Part shown: positions 1-9,934 of the stretch, one piece after another
How positions within the stretch are numbered: position 1 is the stretch's first letter
Layout of the letters: every line of letters starts with the position of its first letter
From: a virus
Virus record (IMG/VR): IMGVR_UViG_3300036791_000458
Span: 12,525-76,524 of that record
DNA length: 64,000 nt
Reading direction: 5' to 3' (one strand)
Program-made: the position numbers and the translations under genes
Notes under the pieces: generated by a model
Seen by the model: the letters and a program-made list of their open reading frames with translations, nothing else
Database searches by the model: none
Told to the model about the DNA's origin: nothing

Positions 1-5
1 TGATG

Positions 6-725
6 TTAACCCGCACTTGTTGCCTTCGCCTCAAGAAATTCAACCGGAAGTTCTTCCAAAGGAAGTGTCTGCCACCAGTTACCATCCGTAAGTCTGTACT
101 CGCTCGTATTGTTCCCATGAACACGAGCAACCATCGTCTTCTCTCCGTCCACACTGTGAATCTGATTATTAATCCGCGCCTTAACTACAAAGGCATTATC
201 CTCGCCTATATTCTTACATTCGAAGTTGTGCTGTTCCCAAAACTCACGGGTATAGCAAAGACTAGAACCACATGAGTACTCAGTGCTGGGATGAGTGTAC
301 TTGTAGAGTTGTTTTTCTCTTGAATCAAAAAATAATAGCGAATAAAAACCAACTACACTTTTCCCAGAAGAATTCATCGTTTTGACTTGCTTAGTAATAC
401 GATCACTGGCTGACCAATCATCGTCATCGAAGTGAATGAATACCGAACCTTTGCCAAGTCGGTTCGCGATATTACGCTTTGCACCTATTGACTGCCTAGT
501 AGGATAAAACTCAGACATGACAGGACGGTAATAGGTCACTCCCGGTACACCTTCACACAAGTCTTTGACTATGTCGTAGCCGTCATCGACAACTATCAAT
601 TCCTTTTCCTGCCAGTCCTGTTTTTGATAGCACTTCAGCGCGGAGACTAAAAAGTCACGTCTGTCCGCCGTCGGCATTATGCAAGTGACTAACATAAGAA
701 TTAAGAGATGCTTCCGGAGAAGCAT
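6..725 (-). CDS. glycosyltransferase family 2 (GT-A fold)
   Basis: N-terminal LVTCIMPT...ELIVVDDG motif, SIGAKRN, and DxD-type FDDDDW. The true start is probably MLVTCIMP. Confidence 0.85.
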   Translation of the reverse strand: MLLRKHLLILMLVTCIMPTADRRDFLVSALKCYQKQDWQEKELIVVDDGYDIVKDLCEGVPGVTYYRPVMSEFYPTRQSIGAKRNIANRLGKGSVFIHFDDDDWSASDRITKQVKTMNSSGKSVVGFYSLLFFDSREKQLYKYTHPSTEYSCGSSLCYTREFWEQHNFECKNIGEDNAFVVKARINNQIHSVDGEKTMVARVHGNNTSEYRLTDGNWWQTLPLEELPVEFLEAKATSAG

Positions 726-744
726 CTCTCACAGCCGGCCTTTT

Positions 745-1188
745 TCATGCAACCGTAATCAACTGAAATGGAGCAGTTGATTGTGGGTTGTCTGGATCAG
801 CAGTGGTAAGGGTGACATCATGACGTGCCATACCTTGCCCTGCGTATTTCAGTATGTTGACTTCGGGAACGGCAACTTTCACCTCAGTGTCCGTCCAAGC
901 TGGCGTGCTCTGGACAGGACTTTGCTCAGTGTCTTCATCCATCACCACGCTCGCCGCAAATCCGCCAACCGTAACCGAACCAATATCGGTGCCGAAGTTT
1001 GTTCCGGTGATAGTAATGGTATCTCCCACCTTTGCAACTTCGGGATCAATTGTTTCAATGGTAGGCGCAGTGGACGACGCTTTTTCAGTAGCGGACGAAG
1101 ACGACACTGACACCCGTTTTGCTGGCTTCAGCGGGGTTGGCGGTGGCGTCTTGTGTTCAGTTGAAGTTTTGTGCTCTTGATCAGTCAT
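745..1188 (-). CDS. IPT/TIG Ig-like domain protein (possible capsid decoration protein)
   Basis: PTIETIDP..AKVGDTITITGTNFG...GSVTVGG...WTDTEVKVAVP is a typical IPT/TIG pattern. Lies immediately downstream of the capsid gene. Confidence 0.7.
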   Translation of the reverse strand: MTDQEHKTSTEHKTPPPTPLKPAKRVSVSSSSATEKASSTAPTIETIDPEVAKVGDTITITGTNFGTDIGSVTVGGFAASVVMDEDTEQSPVQSTPAWTDTEVKVAVPEVNILKYAGQGMARHDVTLTTADPDNPQSTAPFQLITVA

Positions 1189-1228
1189 TTGAAAAATCCT
1201 TTCGAGATATGGTTATAACCATCTCTAA

Positions 1229-1259
1229 TCCTCATTGGCACTAATAGCACCAATGAGGA
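1229..1259 (-). terminator. stem-loop downstream of the major capsid gene
   Basis: Inverted repeat CCTCATTGG...CCAATGAGG just after the stop codon. There is no strong U-tract on the minus strand. Confidence 0.35.
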
Positions 1260-1274
1260 AAAGAGTTAAACGAA

Positions 1275-2864
1275 CTACGGATTCACTACGTTCGCGGCGC
1301 CTGTTATCACGGCAATCCCGAATGGGATGTAGTGTTGAAGCGTCTCGAAGCAGTAAGTTCCAAGTTCATGCTGCAATTTTCTGTAGGGCCACTTAATCGA
1401 GAAGTGATCTTCCAGTGACATGATCTGCCGTACAGTCGGAATAGTTCCGCCCGCGGCAGGATACGGGTTGTTAATCAGGTCAAAGTAGATGCAACCTTGG
1501 GGCATCCACGGGTGAGTAAGAACGGGAAGAACCTTGGGCGCGCCCGTGTTTGAATACTTGGAACGGTATTCAACCAGTTTGGTGCCACCGGACAAAGTTC
1601 CATCTGAATTGCGATCAAACACGATTCTTTGCGCAAGGGAGTGCCCAGTACTTGACTGAACAATGGCGCGGGAAATCGCGGAAATCAAATTACCACCGAC
1701 ATAGATTTTGTCGAAGGTCAACTTGTAGTTAAGCCAGAAGAAGTCCATGACATCTTCAAACTCTTTGATCGTCCCGTCGCCGTTCGCAGTGAAGCCGGCC
1801 CCGGCCAAGTCCTTCCAATAAGAAGGTTGCGACGCATTCGCGTTGCTGAATCCCCACGTCATCAAGCCATCAAAGTCAAGAGTGTTGTAGGAATTGTCGG
1901 TTGACAGTCCTTTGGTGGTGACTGCATCAGTCGCGTTTGCTTTTTGGTTTGTTCCCGGAGGCGCCCCTGAAATGACTACGGTTGAGGTTGACGAAAGTCC
2001 CCAGAACACAGCATTTGATGTCACAGGAGTCGTTGCATCAGTCGTGTCAACAAACCACGCGTAGGCAACGGCGCCAGCAATTGGATTCACCGTGAACTGA
2101 ACGGACTGTTTACTTGTGCCTGAGCTTGACGCGACAACTGCTGACGCGGCGGAAACTACTGACGTGCCACCGTTGATATCGTCAGTCGAAGAATCCGCGT
2201 TAACACGGCGGAATGGAAGCTTCACCCCGGTTGGAGTCGCGAGATACTGACCCCACGCGGTCAATGCGACACAAAACGCCGAAACATTCACCGCATTTGG
2301 AAATCCGGTGCCACCTTTTGCATCAACCACCGTGGTCACACCGAGCGCGACTGGTGCGGAAACCGTTCCCAAAACGAATCCATAGGTTCCGCCCACTCCG
2401 GGAGTACCGGAGTTGCCAAAGAGAATCATTCTCTCTTCGCCCATGAGTAACGCGTTCAACTGGGAAAGTTGCGCGAGTGATACGTTGTCATCGAACCCCA
2501 AACCAGTTGCTTGCGCTTGGAAAGATACCTCAACATCCTTGCCCAAGAACTTGTAAGGCGCGTAGTAGTCTTTCTCAGTGAAGTTGAGATAGGCGTTGCG
2601 GTTTCCTTCTGACACGGCAGGATAGCCACCAGCATCGATACCAGTGATTGCTTTCCAGTTAATTCCCAGACCGCCAACCCGTTGCCCATTGAACATCGGG
2701 TTTTTGCGAGGGATAGAAGCAAGGAGCGGATAGAACACCGGATAGATGTTCTTCGCTTGTGCTTCCAAGTTGTAGAAGTTAAGGCCTGTGCCAGTAGAGA
2801 TGCCCGTGGTTGTAGCATCCTTTCTGAGACCTTTGATTAATTCCAATATAGATGGGTTAATCAT
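1275..2864 (-). CDS. major capsid protein
   Basis: 529 aa; follows the protease and scaffold in the order portal-MuF-protease-scaffold-MCP. Motifs TGLNFYNLE..AK..YP, EERMILFGN, FDGL and HPWMPQG resemble HK97-fold capsids with an inserted domain. Confidence 0.75.
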   Translation of the reverse strand: MINPSILELIKGLRKDATTTGISTGTGLNFYNLEAQAKNIYPVFYPLLASIPRKNPMFNGQRVGGLGINWKAITGIDAGGYPAVSEGNRNAYLNFTEKDYYAPYKFLGKDVEVSFQAQATGLGFDDNVSLAQLSQLNALLMGEERMILFGNSGTPGVGGTYGFVLGTVSAPVALGVTTVVDAKGGTGFPNAVNVSAFCVALTAWGQYLATPTGVKLPFRRVNADSSTDDINGGTSVVSAASAVVASSSGTSKQSVQFTVNPIAGAVAYAWFVDTTDATTPVTSNAVFWGLSSTSTVVISGAPPGTNQKANATDAVTTKGLSTDNSYNTLDFDGLMTWGFSNANASQPSYWKDLAGAGFTANGDGTIKEFEDVMDFFWLNYKLTFDKIYVGGNLISAISRAIVQSSTGHSLAQRIVFDRNSDGTLSGGTKLVEYRSKYSNTGAPKVLPVLTHPWMPQGCIYFDLINNPYPAAGGTIPTVRQIMSLEDHFSIKWPYRKLQHELGTYCFETLQHYIPFGIAVITGAANVVNP

Positions 2865-2985
2865 TTCTCTTGCTCCTATTGTATCGGCTCGTCAGACTCA
2901 AGCTATAACTAGCTTTCTGACCCGATTTTTGTTACAGTTCAACTTGACGGGACGGTCTAGTTTCGAACCGTCCCGCGCAATTGAA

Positions 2986-3783
2986 TCAGTGCAGCTTTGA
3001 CATTGGCTCAATCAATGTAACGGGAAGCTCCTGTGATTTTGTCCCGCGCATAAGCTTGAGCGCCTCTTCCTGATCACCACCAACCGCCTTTGCGATATCG
3101 ACTGGCCCAGAGTTTACGGGCGGTTTGACATCAGTCGCGTCATTCACTTTCGTCACCGCGCCACCCCCGCCTGCACGAACAACAGGACGAACATCTGAGC
3201 GATCACCAACGCCAGTCCCGTTCCCGTTTCCGCTCATGGCTTTTTCCACTGTGCCATTGCCACCGGAGTTTCCGCCCTGATTGCCGGCGTCATCGTTTCC
3301 CGCAAGTGCTTTGACAAACTCTTCCATGAAAGAAGTCATCGAAGAATCCACTGCTTTCTGGATCATCTGCTGAACGTCTTCCGCCTTCAAAACTTTCTCG
3401 GCATCGTTCTTCTTTCCGTTCCCATTGCCACCGTTGCCACCGTTACCGCCGTTCTCGCCAGTCGTTTCACCTTTACCGCTGGTCGCAGTCGCGCCAGAAC
3501 CCTTGCTCGAACCCGCAGCTTTGTTCGCGCCGAAGTCCTGAAGGTTCTTCGTCCCTTCGGCTTCAAGATCGATGGACTTCAATTCTCCACTTTCATCACC
3601 GAGAATTTTGTGAACATTCCCGATTGCTGCGCTCATGTCATCTGCATGTGCCTTGTGAAGGGCATTAATTTTTGACATGTGCCCATTGTGAAGATCATTT
3701 GCTTTCTGGTAAAAATCCGCAACCGCCTTTGTCATACGCGCCAATTGGGTGGCTGCCGACTTCGTTTTCTCTAAGTAATTCAT
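2986..3783 (-). CDS. putative capsid scaffolding protein
   Basis: Lies between the protease and MCP. Helical segments are separated by G/N-rich linkers, with many hydrophobic-x-K-A sites. Confidence 0.55.
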   Translation of the reverse strand: MNYLEKTKSAATQLARMTKAVADFYQKANDLHNGHMSKINALHKAHADDMSAAIGNVHKILGDESGELKSIDLEAEGTKNLQDFGANKAAGSSKGSGATATSGKGETTGENGGNGGNGGNGNGKKNDAEKVLKAEDVQQMIQKAVDSSMTSFMEEFVKALAGNDDAGNQGGNSGGNGTVEKAMSGNGNGTGVGDRSDVRPVVRAGGGGAVTKVNDATDVKPPVNSGPVDIAKAVGGDQEEALKLMRGTKSQELPVTLIEPMSKLH

Positions 3784-3831
3784 TTCGGACGTTACCTTTC
3801 CCCGCCAACTGGCGGTTGGGTTTTGTTTGGG

Positions 3832-5907
3832 TTAAGGTTGATAAGAGTTCGTTGCAGCGAGATACAAACCCTCACTGGGTTGCGATGCTTTGTACAAACT
3901 TTCTACAAGCTTCTCACAGTCATCTCCGTAAGGCGCCTTCCCGTCAGTCGCTTCATCGAAAACATCGTCAGTACCGTTCTTCTGTGACGCCTTGTAAATG
4001 GTAATATCCTTTTCAAACTCTGCCTTCTCAAGCTCGTTAGCTTGAATTACTTGCTTCTCAAGATCGGTGAGTTCTGACGCACAGAACAACCCGACTGGAC
4101 TACAGCTTGAGCTACAGTTAGGGTAACAAGAAGACGTACACTCATCGGGCGCCTTGTCAGTTTTTGTTTGCGCGAGTAGTTCATCGACTTCTTCCTTCGC
4201 CATTGACAGGAAGGTTTCAGCCATGCTTTCGATGTCAGATTGAAGATCAGCAGGAAGAGTAGACGCGGTGTCTTCTTCATACGTCTGCTCATTTTGAACT
4301 GACCATTTCAACCACGCCATTTGAAGAATCAAAGACGCGAGGCGGGCGACTTCGTTCAACCCTTTCCTGAGTCCACCAGTAGTCGCGTCAACCGTCTTCC
4401 AAGTATCAGGGATAGCATCAGTCGCGCCCAAATCCTTCGCTCTACGTTTGATGTGCTGTTTGACTTTGTCCGGATTCTTCGCTCTACCTATTGCTTGAAT
4501 CGCGTTGTGTAGGTCACTGGTATTCGCGATTGGATAGGAACCGTCAGCCATTGCGTGACCTTTGTCCGCCAGTTTTTCCCGTTCCTTGTCGGACACATCC
4601 CGCTTTGTCAGTTCATCGAGCGTAGTCTTGACTTCATCTTTCGACTTGCCCAGTCTCTTTCCCAGTGAAGTACGCAAGATGTCCATCACCTGCTCGTTTA
4701 CCTTGTCCACATGGATGCCGACTGCAACCGCCCGAGTAAGAAGATTGTTCCACGCGGTTTCTTTCCCCTCATCATTTTCGAACTTGATTTTGTTGAAGGT
4801 TGCAAGTTCTTTTTTGACCATAGCGCGCTCTGCGAGTTTTGCGACCAATGGATCAACCTTCGCGACTTTCTTCGCTTTGCCTAGGCAGTGGTCATCGTCA
4901 CAACCGGGACAATCTTCACAGTCATCGTTCTGACAGGACTCACAGTCACACTCACAACCATTCTTGTTGCCGTCTTCTTTCTTGAGTTCTTCGGTTGGCA
5001 CAACTTTTTTGTTTAACGCCGCGAGCACCAACCGTCCAATTTCAAGGTGATGAGTCTTCAACATATCCCGAACTTCTGCCTTGGTGAAAACTGGTTCAAT
5101 AGTTTTCGTCGCGAGTCCTTCCATGACTTTGTGCGCTTCATACCCTTCGTCATTCATCCAATTCGCGAGTGCCCACGGGTTGTCAATCTCCGGATGATCT
5201 TTCATGGCTTCAACTGTGCCTTCCCAGCCTTCGGGTGACTTCTTTTCGACGGATGGTTTGTAGCCATCGTCAACCGCGTCTCTGTATTTCTTGATGACAG
5301 CGGGAAGTCCTGTCCACTCTTTGGATTGCTTTTCAACTTTTTGTTCAACCGACTTGAACTTACGAAGCTCAACCGTTCCATCGGTTTTGACGAATTCAAA
5401 GTGAGCATCCGGATTGCAAGGGTTGTCAACAAGAGAAACTTCTGACGGTTTCGCGGTGTAACGTTTGAATTCTCCGTCAGTGATTATCCCACCCATGTAC
5501 TCGCCACCGTGGGAAAAGCCGGTGTAAACACCTTGAAGACATTTCTGCCACGCGGGTTCATCCACAACCTTTGCAGTACAGTAGATGACTTTAGCTTGAT
5601 CATCATAGAGCAAGTTAGTCAACTTGCCTACTGCGATTAGTTTGTGCATCTCGCGAAGGTTACCGAGTGAGTTTCCACTTGTCGCCTTCGCGAATTCCTG
5701 TGACCACGCTTGATAGTATGGTTTAGACTTCGCGTAGTCGCAAATCTCGCCCGTCTTATCCGGTGTTTCAGAGGTAACGATTCCAGATACCTCACGCAAC
5801 GCGGAATCAATTTTTGTGATCGGTACGATCTTCCGAAATGATCCCATTGAAATTGGAGTTCTTGCTGCCTTTTCCATAGTATCCTCACCATTCATTGTTC
5901 CAACCAA
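3832..5907 (-). CDS. HK97-type prohead maturation protease with long C-terminal extension
   Basis: Motifs REMH, AVGK, GVYTGFSHGG and EVSLVDNPCNPDA. The C-terminal part includes a MADGSYPI..HNAIQAIGRA..HIKRRA (DUF6582-like) module. Confidence 0.85.
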   Translation of the reverse strand: MVGTMNGEDTMEKAARTPISMGSFRKIVPITKIDSALREVSGIVTSETPDKTGEICDYAKSKPYYQAWSQEFAKATSGNSLGNLREMHKLIAVGKLTNLLYDDQAKVIYCTAKVVDEPAWQKCLQGVYTGFSHGGEYMGGIITDGEFKRYTAKPSEVSLVDNPCNPDAHFEFVKTDGTVELRKFKSVEQKVEKQSKEWTGLPAVIKKYRDAVDDGYKPSVEKKSPEGWEGTVEAMKDHPEIDNPWALANWMNDEGYEAHKVMEGLATKTIEPVFTKAEVRDMLKTHHLEIGRLVLAALNKKVVPTEELKKEDGNKNGCECDCESCQNDDCEDCPGCDDDHCLGKAKKVAKVDPLVAKLAERAMVKKELATFNKIKFENDEGKETAWNNLLTRAVAVGIHVDKVNEQVMDILRTSLGKRLGKSKDEVKTTLDELTKRDVSDKEREKLADKGHAMADGSYPIANTSDLHNAIQAIGRAKNPDKVKQHIKRRAKDLGATDAIPDTWKTVDATTGGLRKGLNEVARLASLILQMAWLKWSVQNEQTYEEDTASTLPADLQSDIESMAETFLSMAKEEVDELLAQTKTDKAPDECTSSCYPNCSSSCSPVGLFCASELTDLEKQVIQANELEKAEFEKDITIYKASQKNGTDDVFDEATDGKAPYGDDCEKLVESLYKASQPSEGLYLAATNSYQP

Positions 5908-6262
5908 CCGGATAGCCGGTATTCCTGCCTATTTGAACCGCCCTATCGTCTTCCAGCGAAATCATCCACGGGTCTTTCTCGTTCGTGATAGGTAGTACTT
6001 CACCAAAAATCTCCAAACAAAAGGCGGAGATGACAGAATAGCCTATCATCACCGCCTTTAGTCTTTCCTCAGAACCATCATTCCAGACTCGGCCAGTGAA
6101 GATTTTGACTATCTGTCCATCAGCTAGTCTTTGTCTCACCCTATAAATGGTAGGCCATATAGGCTCACCAATATAGCTTGGATCATCACGAATGTCTTTA
6201 TCCGGAATCGTTACTAGAGTACCATCAAAATCGATTCCGTACCATCCTTCTTGGGCGGTCAT
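5885..6262 (-). CDS. HAD-superfamily phosphatase-like protein
   Basis: GIDFDGTL motif I, IFTGR motif II, and TNEKD..M..LEDDRAVQ. Confidence 0.7.
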   Translation of the reverse strand: MTAQEGWYGIDFDGTLVTIPDKDIRDDPSYIGEPIWPTIYRVRQRLADGQIVKIFTGRVWNDGSEERLKAVMIGYSVISAFCLEIFGEVLPITNEKDPWMISLEDDRAVQIGRNTGYPVGWNNEW

Positions 6263-6278
6263 AAAAGATTTTTTCTTT

Positions 6279-6620
6279 CTAATTATCCGTGTTCTTTCTT
6301 ACTCCTACCGTAACTAGGTCTTCCCAGTGTCCATTTGCACCACCCGGAGTAACTATGTCACTAACTCTGACATAGGTTCCCGGATTAGGAACTGAGGTGC
6401 TTTCAATTGGAGTGGAGTACCAACCTGCGCCTAAGACACTGTCAGGACTAAGCTCTAAATCGCTAAGATTATCCAGTACTTCTCCCGGTTGCGAATCAGG
6501 ATGTGCCCTGCTACGATTTTTATAGTAGCTAACCGTTACAGTAGCATCAAGAATAGGATTCCCTGTAACTAAGTCAGTAACCTTGACTGCAACTTTATTA
6601 TCGTTATCCCAGTAAAGCAC
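6279..6620 (-). CDS. hypothetical beta-rich virion protein
   Basis: 113 aa ORF in the operon with an Ig-like, beta-strand-rich composition. Confidence 0.45.
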   Translation of the reverse strand: MLYWDNDNKVAVKVTDLVTGNPILDATVTVSYYKNRSRAHPDSQPGEVLDNLSDLELSPDSVLGAGWYSTPIESTSVPNPGTYVRVSDIVTPGGANGHWEDLVTVGVRKNTDN

Positions 6621-6630
6621 TTTAGTTACC

Positions 6631-6945
6631 TCATGTCTCCACCGTGTCTTGTTCTAACAAGGCAGCTTCTTCAACATTGACACTGGCACTCAATTGTATA
6701 TCTAGCGAAACTACCTGCTGGAGTAAGATATCCATTGGCTCCATCGTCATGCTCGGTGGTTCGATAAGCAAATCCATTCTCAGTGTATTGAAATCAAGGA
6801 ATAGAGCATCAAGAAGAATCTTCGGAACAACTGGTACAGTTCCGCCCCACGGGGTTAAACCCCATTCCTCAACACCCCAGCCCGTATCAGGCTGTGTTCC
6901 ACCCCACGAAGAAGAATTCCACGGTGCTGATCCCCAAGGTGTCAT
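6631..6945 (-). CDS. hypothetical protein with N-terminal PWG/WGG repeats
   Basis: ATGA overlap with the upstream gene. Repeated TPWG/SSWGG/EEWG motifs. Confidence 0.55.
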   Translation of the reverse strand: MTPWGSAPWNSSSWGGTQPDTGWGVEEWGLTPWGGTVPVVPKILLDALFLDFNTLRMDLLIEPPSMTMEPMDILLQQVVSLDIQLSASVNVEEAALLEQDTVET

Positions 6946-9923
6946 GAAATCAACTCAAATCCAAATTGCTCAGAGCGTTGTTTCAGTAGTTCCCTGTCTC
7001 GTTTAACCGACTCTTCGTTCCACGCGACCTTGTACACTTCATCCATTTGCCCGTCACCGTTGTGAAGAGGATGATCATGATGTAGAATCGCGTCTTTGCA
7101 CCAGAAGTATTTTCCTAGTTTCTTTGCGCGCCCAGTCAGTTCGTTGTCACAACCGACATGGTTGTAACCCGTGTGGAAAAACTCCCCGCCTATCAACGGA
7201 AGTAGCTTTTTACCAGCCAGCCAGTGAGTCGCGAGTTTGTCACCCCAGACACCGTCATTCAAACCTATCAGACCATCAAGATTCGGGAAGTTCTCGAGCA
7301 TTGAATCAACCGCGTGACGAAGGAAATCTTTTTGGGGAATTACATCGTCGCCCAAGAACAATATCAGTTCCCCATTAGCTTGCTCTACACCCTGCGCAAC
7401 CATCACCGGACAACCCTTACGATCTTCAAGAGAATCCTGCATAGAGATTACTTCGTAGTTAGAATAGCCAACAGTTTCCGGTAACATGGTCAGCAGTCTA
7501 AGCCATTTCTCTTTTCTTTGTGGTTGGACGGTTGGAATTACGATTGAAACTTTTGGTTCTTGTGTATGCAGTTTAACTCGAACCGGAACCTTTGGCGCTA
7601 TACTCAACCCGTATAGTTTGTGTAGCACATCCTTGTCTGCTTGGTTTGTTCTACTTTGATACATGAAAATTGGATCAAAGCTACTACCTGCGTCGATGTA
7701 GGTTCCGGATGGATCGCCCTTCGCGAGTTCTGCAATCCATACCTTTGCCGCGAGTCCCGCACAGAAAATGAAAATCTTTCCTTCACACGAGTGTTTAAGC
7801 ACTTCTGGCAGGATTCTTCTATGATCTTCGAACGCTTCAGTCGGACTTATACCTACATAATTTTTGATCTGTAGCAAGTCCATGACACCGGAGCGTAAAT
7901 CACTGGGGCCGACAAACACTTTCTTGTCTGGCGGGTAGTCCTTTACCGCCATCCAAAACTCTTTGACCTTCTCAAGATTGGAGTCAGTCCGATGAAGAAG
8001 CGTGTTGTATTCTTTTTGATTGTCAAAGTCTACAACATAGGCACGACCTTGAAGATAACGATATGCCTCCCGTAGCTTTTCTGCGAGTTCCACTGAGTAG
8101 GACTGGCCATCACAGTTTTTTCCCACGTCACCCCTCATGCACGCCATCTCACCATCACCACGCTTGACAAACGTAAAGGGAATTCTATTCCGAATCCTGC
8201 GAGTCAAGTCTTCGATAGTTACCGGAATCGGATTGAGCTTTTTGATCCAGATGGAATCAACAACTTCCACCTCACCAAGTTCATCCTTAACCGCATTCAT
8301 TACTTCCGGCCACGTTGTAGTGTAGTCATGACCACAAAGAAGTTTCTTCGCCTTCGGTTTCCACAACTGGATATCGCGACGAACGGCGTCATAAGAGTGC
8401 TCCGCGTCAATGAATACCATGTCGAATGCACCATCAGGATAGTCGCCTGCTGCGAATTCCATGTTTCTCACATTGACTTTCAGGTTCCGAAACGGTGCCA
8501 TGTTCTTAAGGAAGTTACCGTACACATCGATATGTTTTGCTGCTTCCTTCGTCAAGTCCCGTACATCAGCAGAACCCTGAAAGTGATCGATTGCAGTCAC
8601 TAGACCGTGAGGACACCCGGAACACAAAGCGTGGGTAGACTTTCCCTGCCAACTTCCCAGTTCTACAATTGACTGCATGGTAGATGCCGTCTTGTATAGC
8701 CATAAAAGCTCAGGGTAGGTCATCCAACCTTCGATTGAAGGATCAGCGTAGGGAAAATAAAATTGTGTGTCACGATGAAAATCCGGATTGAATGGTTCGA
8801 ATTCAAGGGCTTTCATTAGATGCTCCTGCGCCTTGTCTATCTTACCCATCCAACCGTTTGCCCAGTAAAGTAAAGCGTGGGGTTCTGAGGTATAGTGACG
8901 GTGATCATTTGCGTAATATCCGTTCCAAGGTATCTCCAAAGATGCGGCAGCATAGCAGGCAGTAGCTTGATAGTTTTGGTTGTGTTTGTAGAAGTTGGCA
9001 AGTCGTAGTAAGGATTCTCTACGATTGCAATCGACATAGAACGCCTTGTTATAGACCTCAACCTGTTTTTCCGGTTGGTTAAGAATTCCATAAGCATCTC
9101 CCATAAAAATTAGACTCTGAGCACGTTCTGCGTCCCAACGGTTCATGGCTACATGACGAGTAAACTCGTGAATAGCGGACTTCGGATGACCTGTCCACAA
9201 TAGCTCACGGCCTAAATAATGACTTTGGCGATCCTCATCCGGATTCATGAAGGCATCATAGGCGAGTCCCACAAGATACCGTGAGCGATGATTACGGTTA
9301 GGTTCCTGCCAGTGTTCTAGGTAGAGAACGGTTTCCGGTAGCATAGACCGTGTCGCATACAGTGAAGCCTCACGAGGGGACAGAACCTCATGAACTACAT
9401 TTCTCCACTGCAACAATCTCCGGTCATAGAACTTGCTTTGAATGAACTTCAATGCGGGATTACCGTACTGATCATGACTGAAGCAGAAGTTATACTCGAA
9501 CTGTCCGACACCATTTTGAATCAGACTATTAATGGCATCGATATCTAATGTAGTAAACTGCTCATCACAATCCGCGAAAGACACATGATCGGATGTCGCG
9601 CATGACGCGGCATAGTTACGTGACGCGGAAAAGTTGAATAGCTTATCCCCCGGATTCACTATCGGGGACTCACCGCCCACCACAAACTTATGGTTTATTT
9701 TTTGCGCGAGACTGGTGTTGATGGTAGTAACGAATTTTTCACCTGCCTCAAACACAACACAACCGAGTGAACGCGCAACATCTGTAGTTCCATCGGTTGA
9801 CCCGGTATCAACAAGGACAATCTCACCCTGCCTAGACTGGAAATCCCTGAGTGAAGAAACCAGTCTAGGCAGAGTATTCGCTTCGTTCTTCGCGATCAGC
9901 ACTATACTAAAAAGGGGCTTCAA
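6942..9923 (-). CDS. multidomain glycosyltransferase: GT2 + TPR + class I SAM methyltransferase + GT-D-like + second GT2
   Basis: FSIVLIAKNE/VDTGSTDGT/DCDE (GT2); TPR-like helices; VELGSWQGKS...FIDAEHSY...GHDY (Methyltransf_24-like); FVKRGDGE...YIDAGSSFD (GT-D-like); VSIVIPT...FLGDD (GT2). Confidence 0.85.
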   Translation of the reverse strand: MKPLFSIVLIAKNEANTLPRLVSSLRDFQSRQGEIVLVDTGSTDGTTDVARSLGCVVFEAGEKFVTTINTSLAQKINHKFVVGGESPIVNPGDKLFNFSASRNYAASCATSDHVSFADCDEQFTTLDIDAINSLIQNGVGQFEYNFCFSHDQYGNPALKFIQSKFYDRRLLQWRNVVHEVLSPREASLYATRSMLPETVLYLEHWQEPNRNHRSRYLVGLAYDAFMNPDEDRQSHYLGRELLWTGHPKSAIHEFTRHVAMNRWDAERAQSLIFMGDAYGILNQPEKQVEVYNKAFYVDCNRRESLLRLANFYKHNQNYQATACYAAASLEIPWNGYYANDHRHYTSEPHALLYWANGWMGKIDKAQEHLMKALEFEPFNPDFHRDTQFYFPYADPSIEGWMTYPELLWLYKTASTMQSIVELGSWQGKSTHALCSGCPHGLVTAIDHFQGSADVRDLTKEAAKHIDVYGNFLKNMAPFRNLKVNVRNMEFAAGDYPDGAFDMVFIDAEHSYDAVRRDIQLWKPKAKKLLCGHDYTTTWPEVMNAVKDELGEVEVVDSIWIKKLNPIPVTIEDLTRRIRNRIPFTFVKRGDGEMACMRGDVGKNCDGQSYSVELAEKLREAYRYLQGRAYVVDFDNQKEYNTLLHRTDSNLEKVKEFWMAVKDYPPDKKVFVGPSDLRSGVMDLLQIKNYVGISPTEAFEDHRRILPEVLKHSCEGKIFIFCAGLAAKVWIAELAKGDPSGTYIDAGSSFDPIFMYQSRTNQADKDVLHKLYGLSIAPKVPVRVKLHTQEPKVSIVIPTVQPQRKEKWLRLLTMLPETVGYSNYEVISMQDSLEDRKGCPVMVAQGVEQANGELILFLGDDVIPQKDFLRHAVDSMLENFPNLDGLIGLNDGVWGDKLATHWLAGKKLLPLIGGEFFHTGYNHVGCDNELTGRAKKLGKYFWCKDAILHHDHPLHNGDGQMDEVYKVAWNEESVKRDRELLKQRSEQFGFELIS

Positions 9924-9934
9924 TTGAACCTCAC

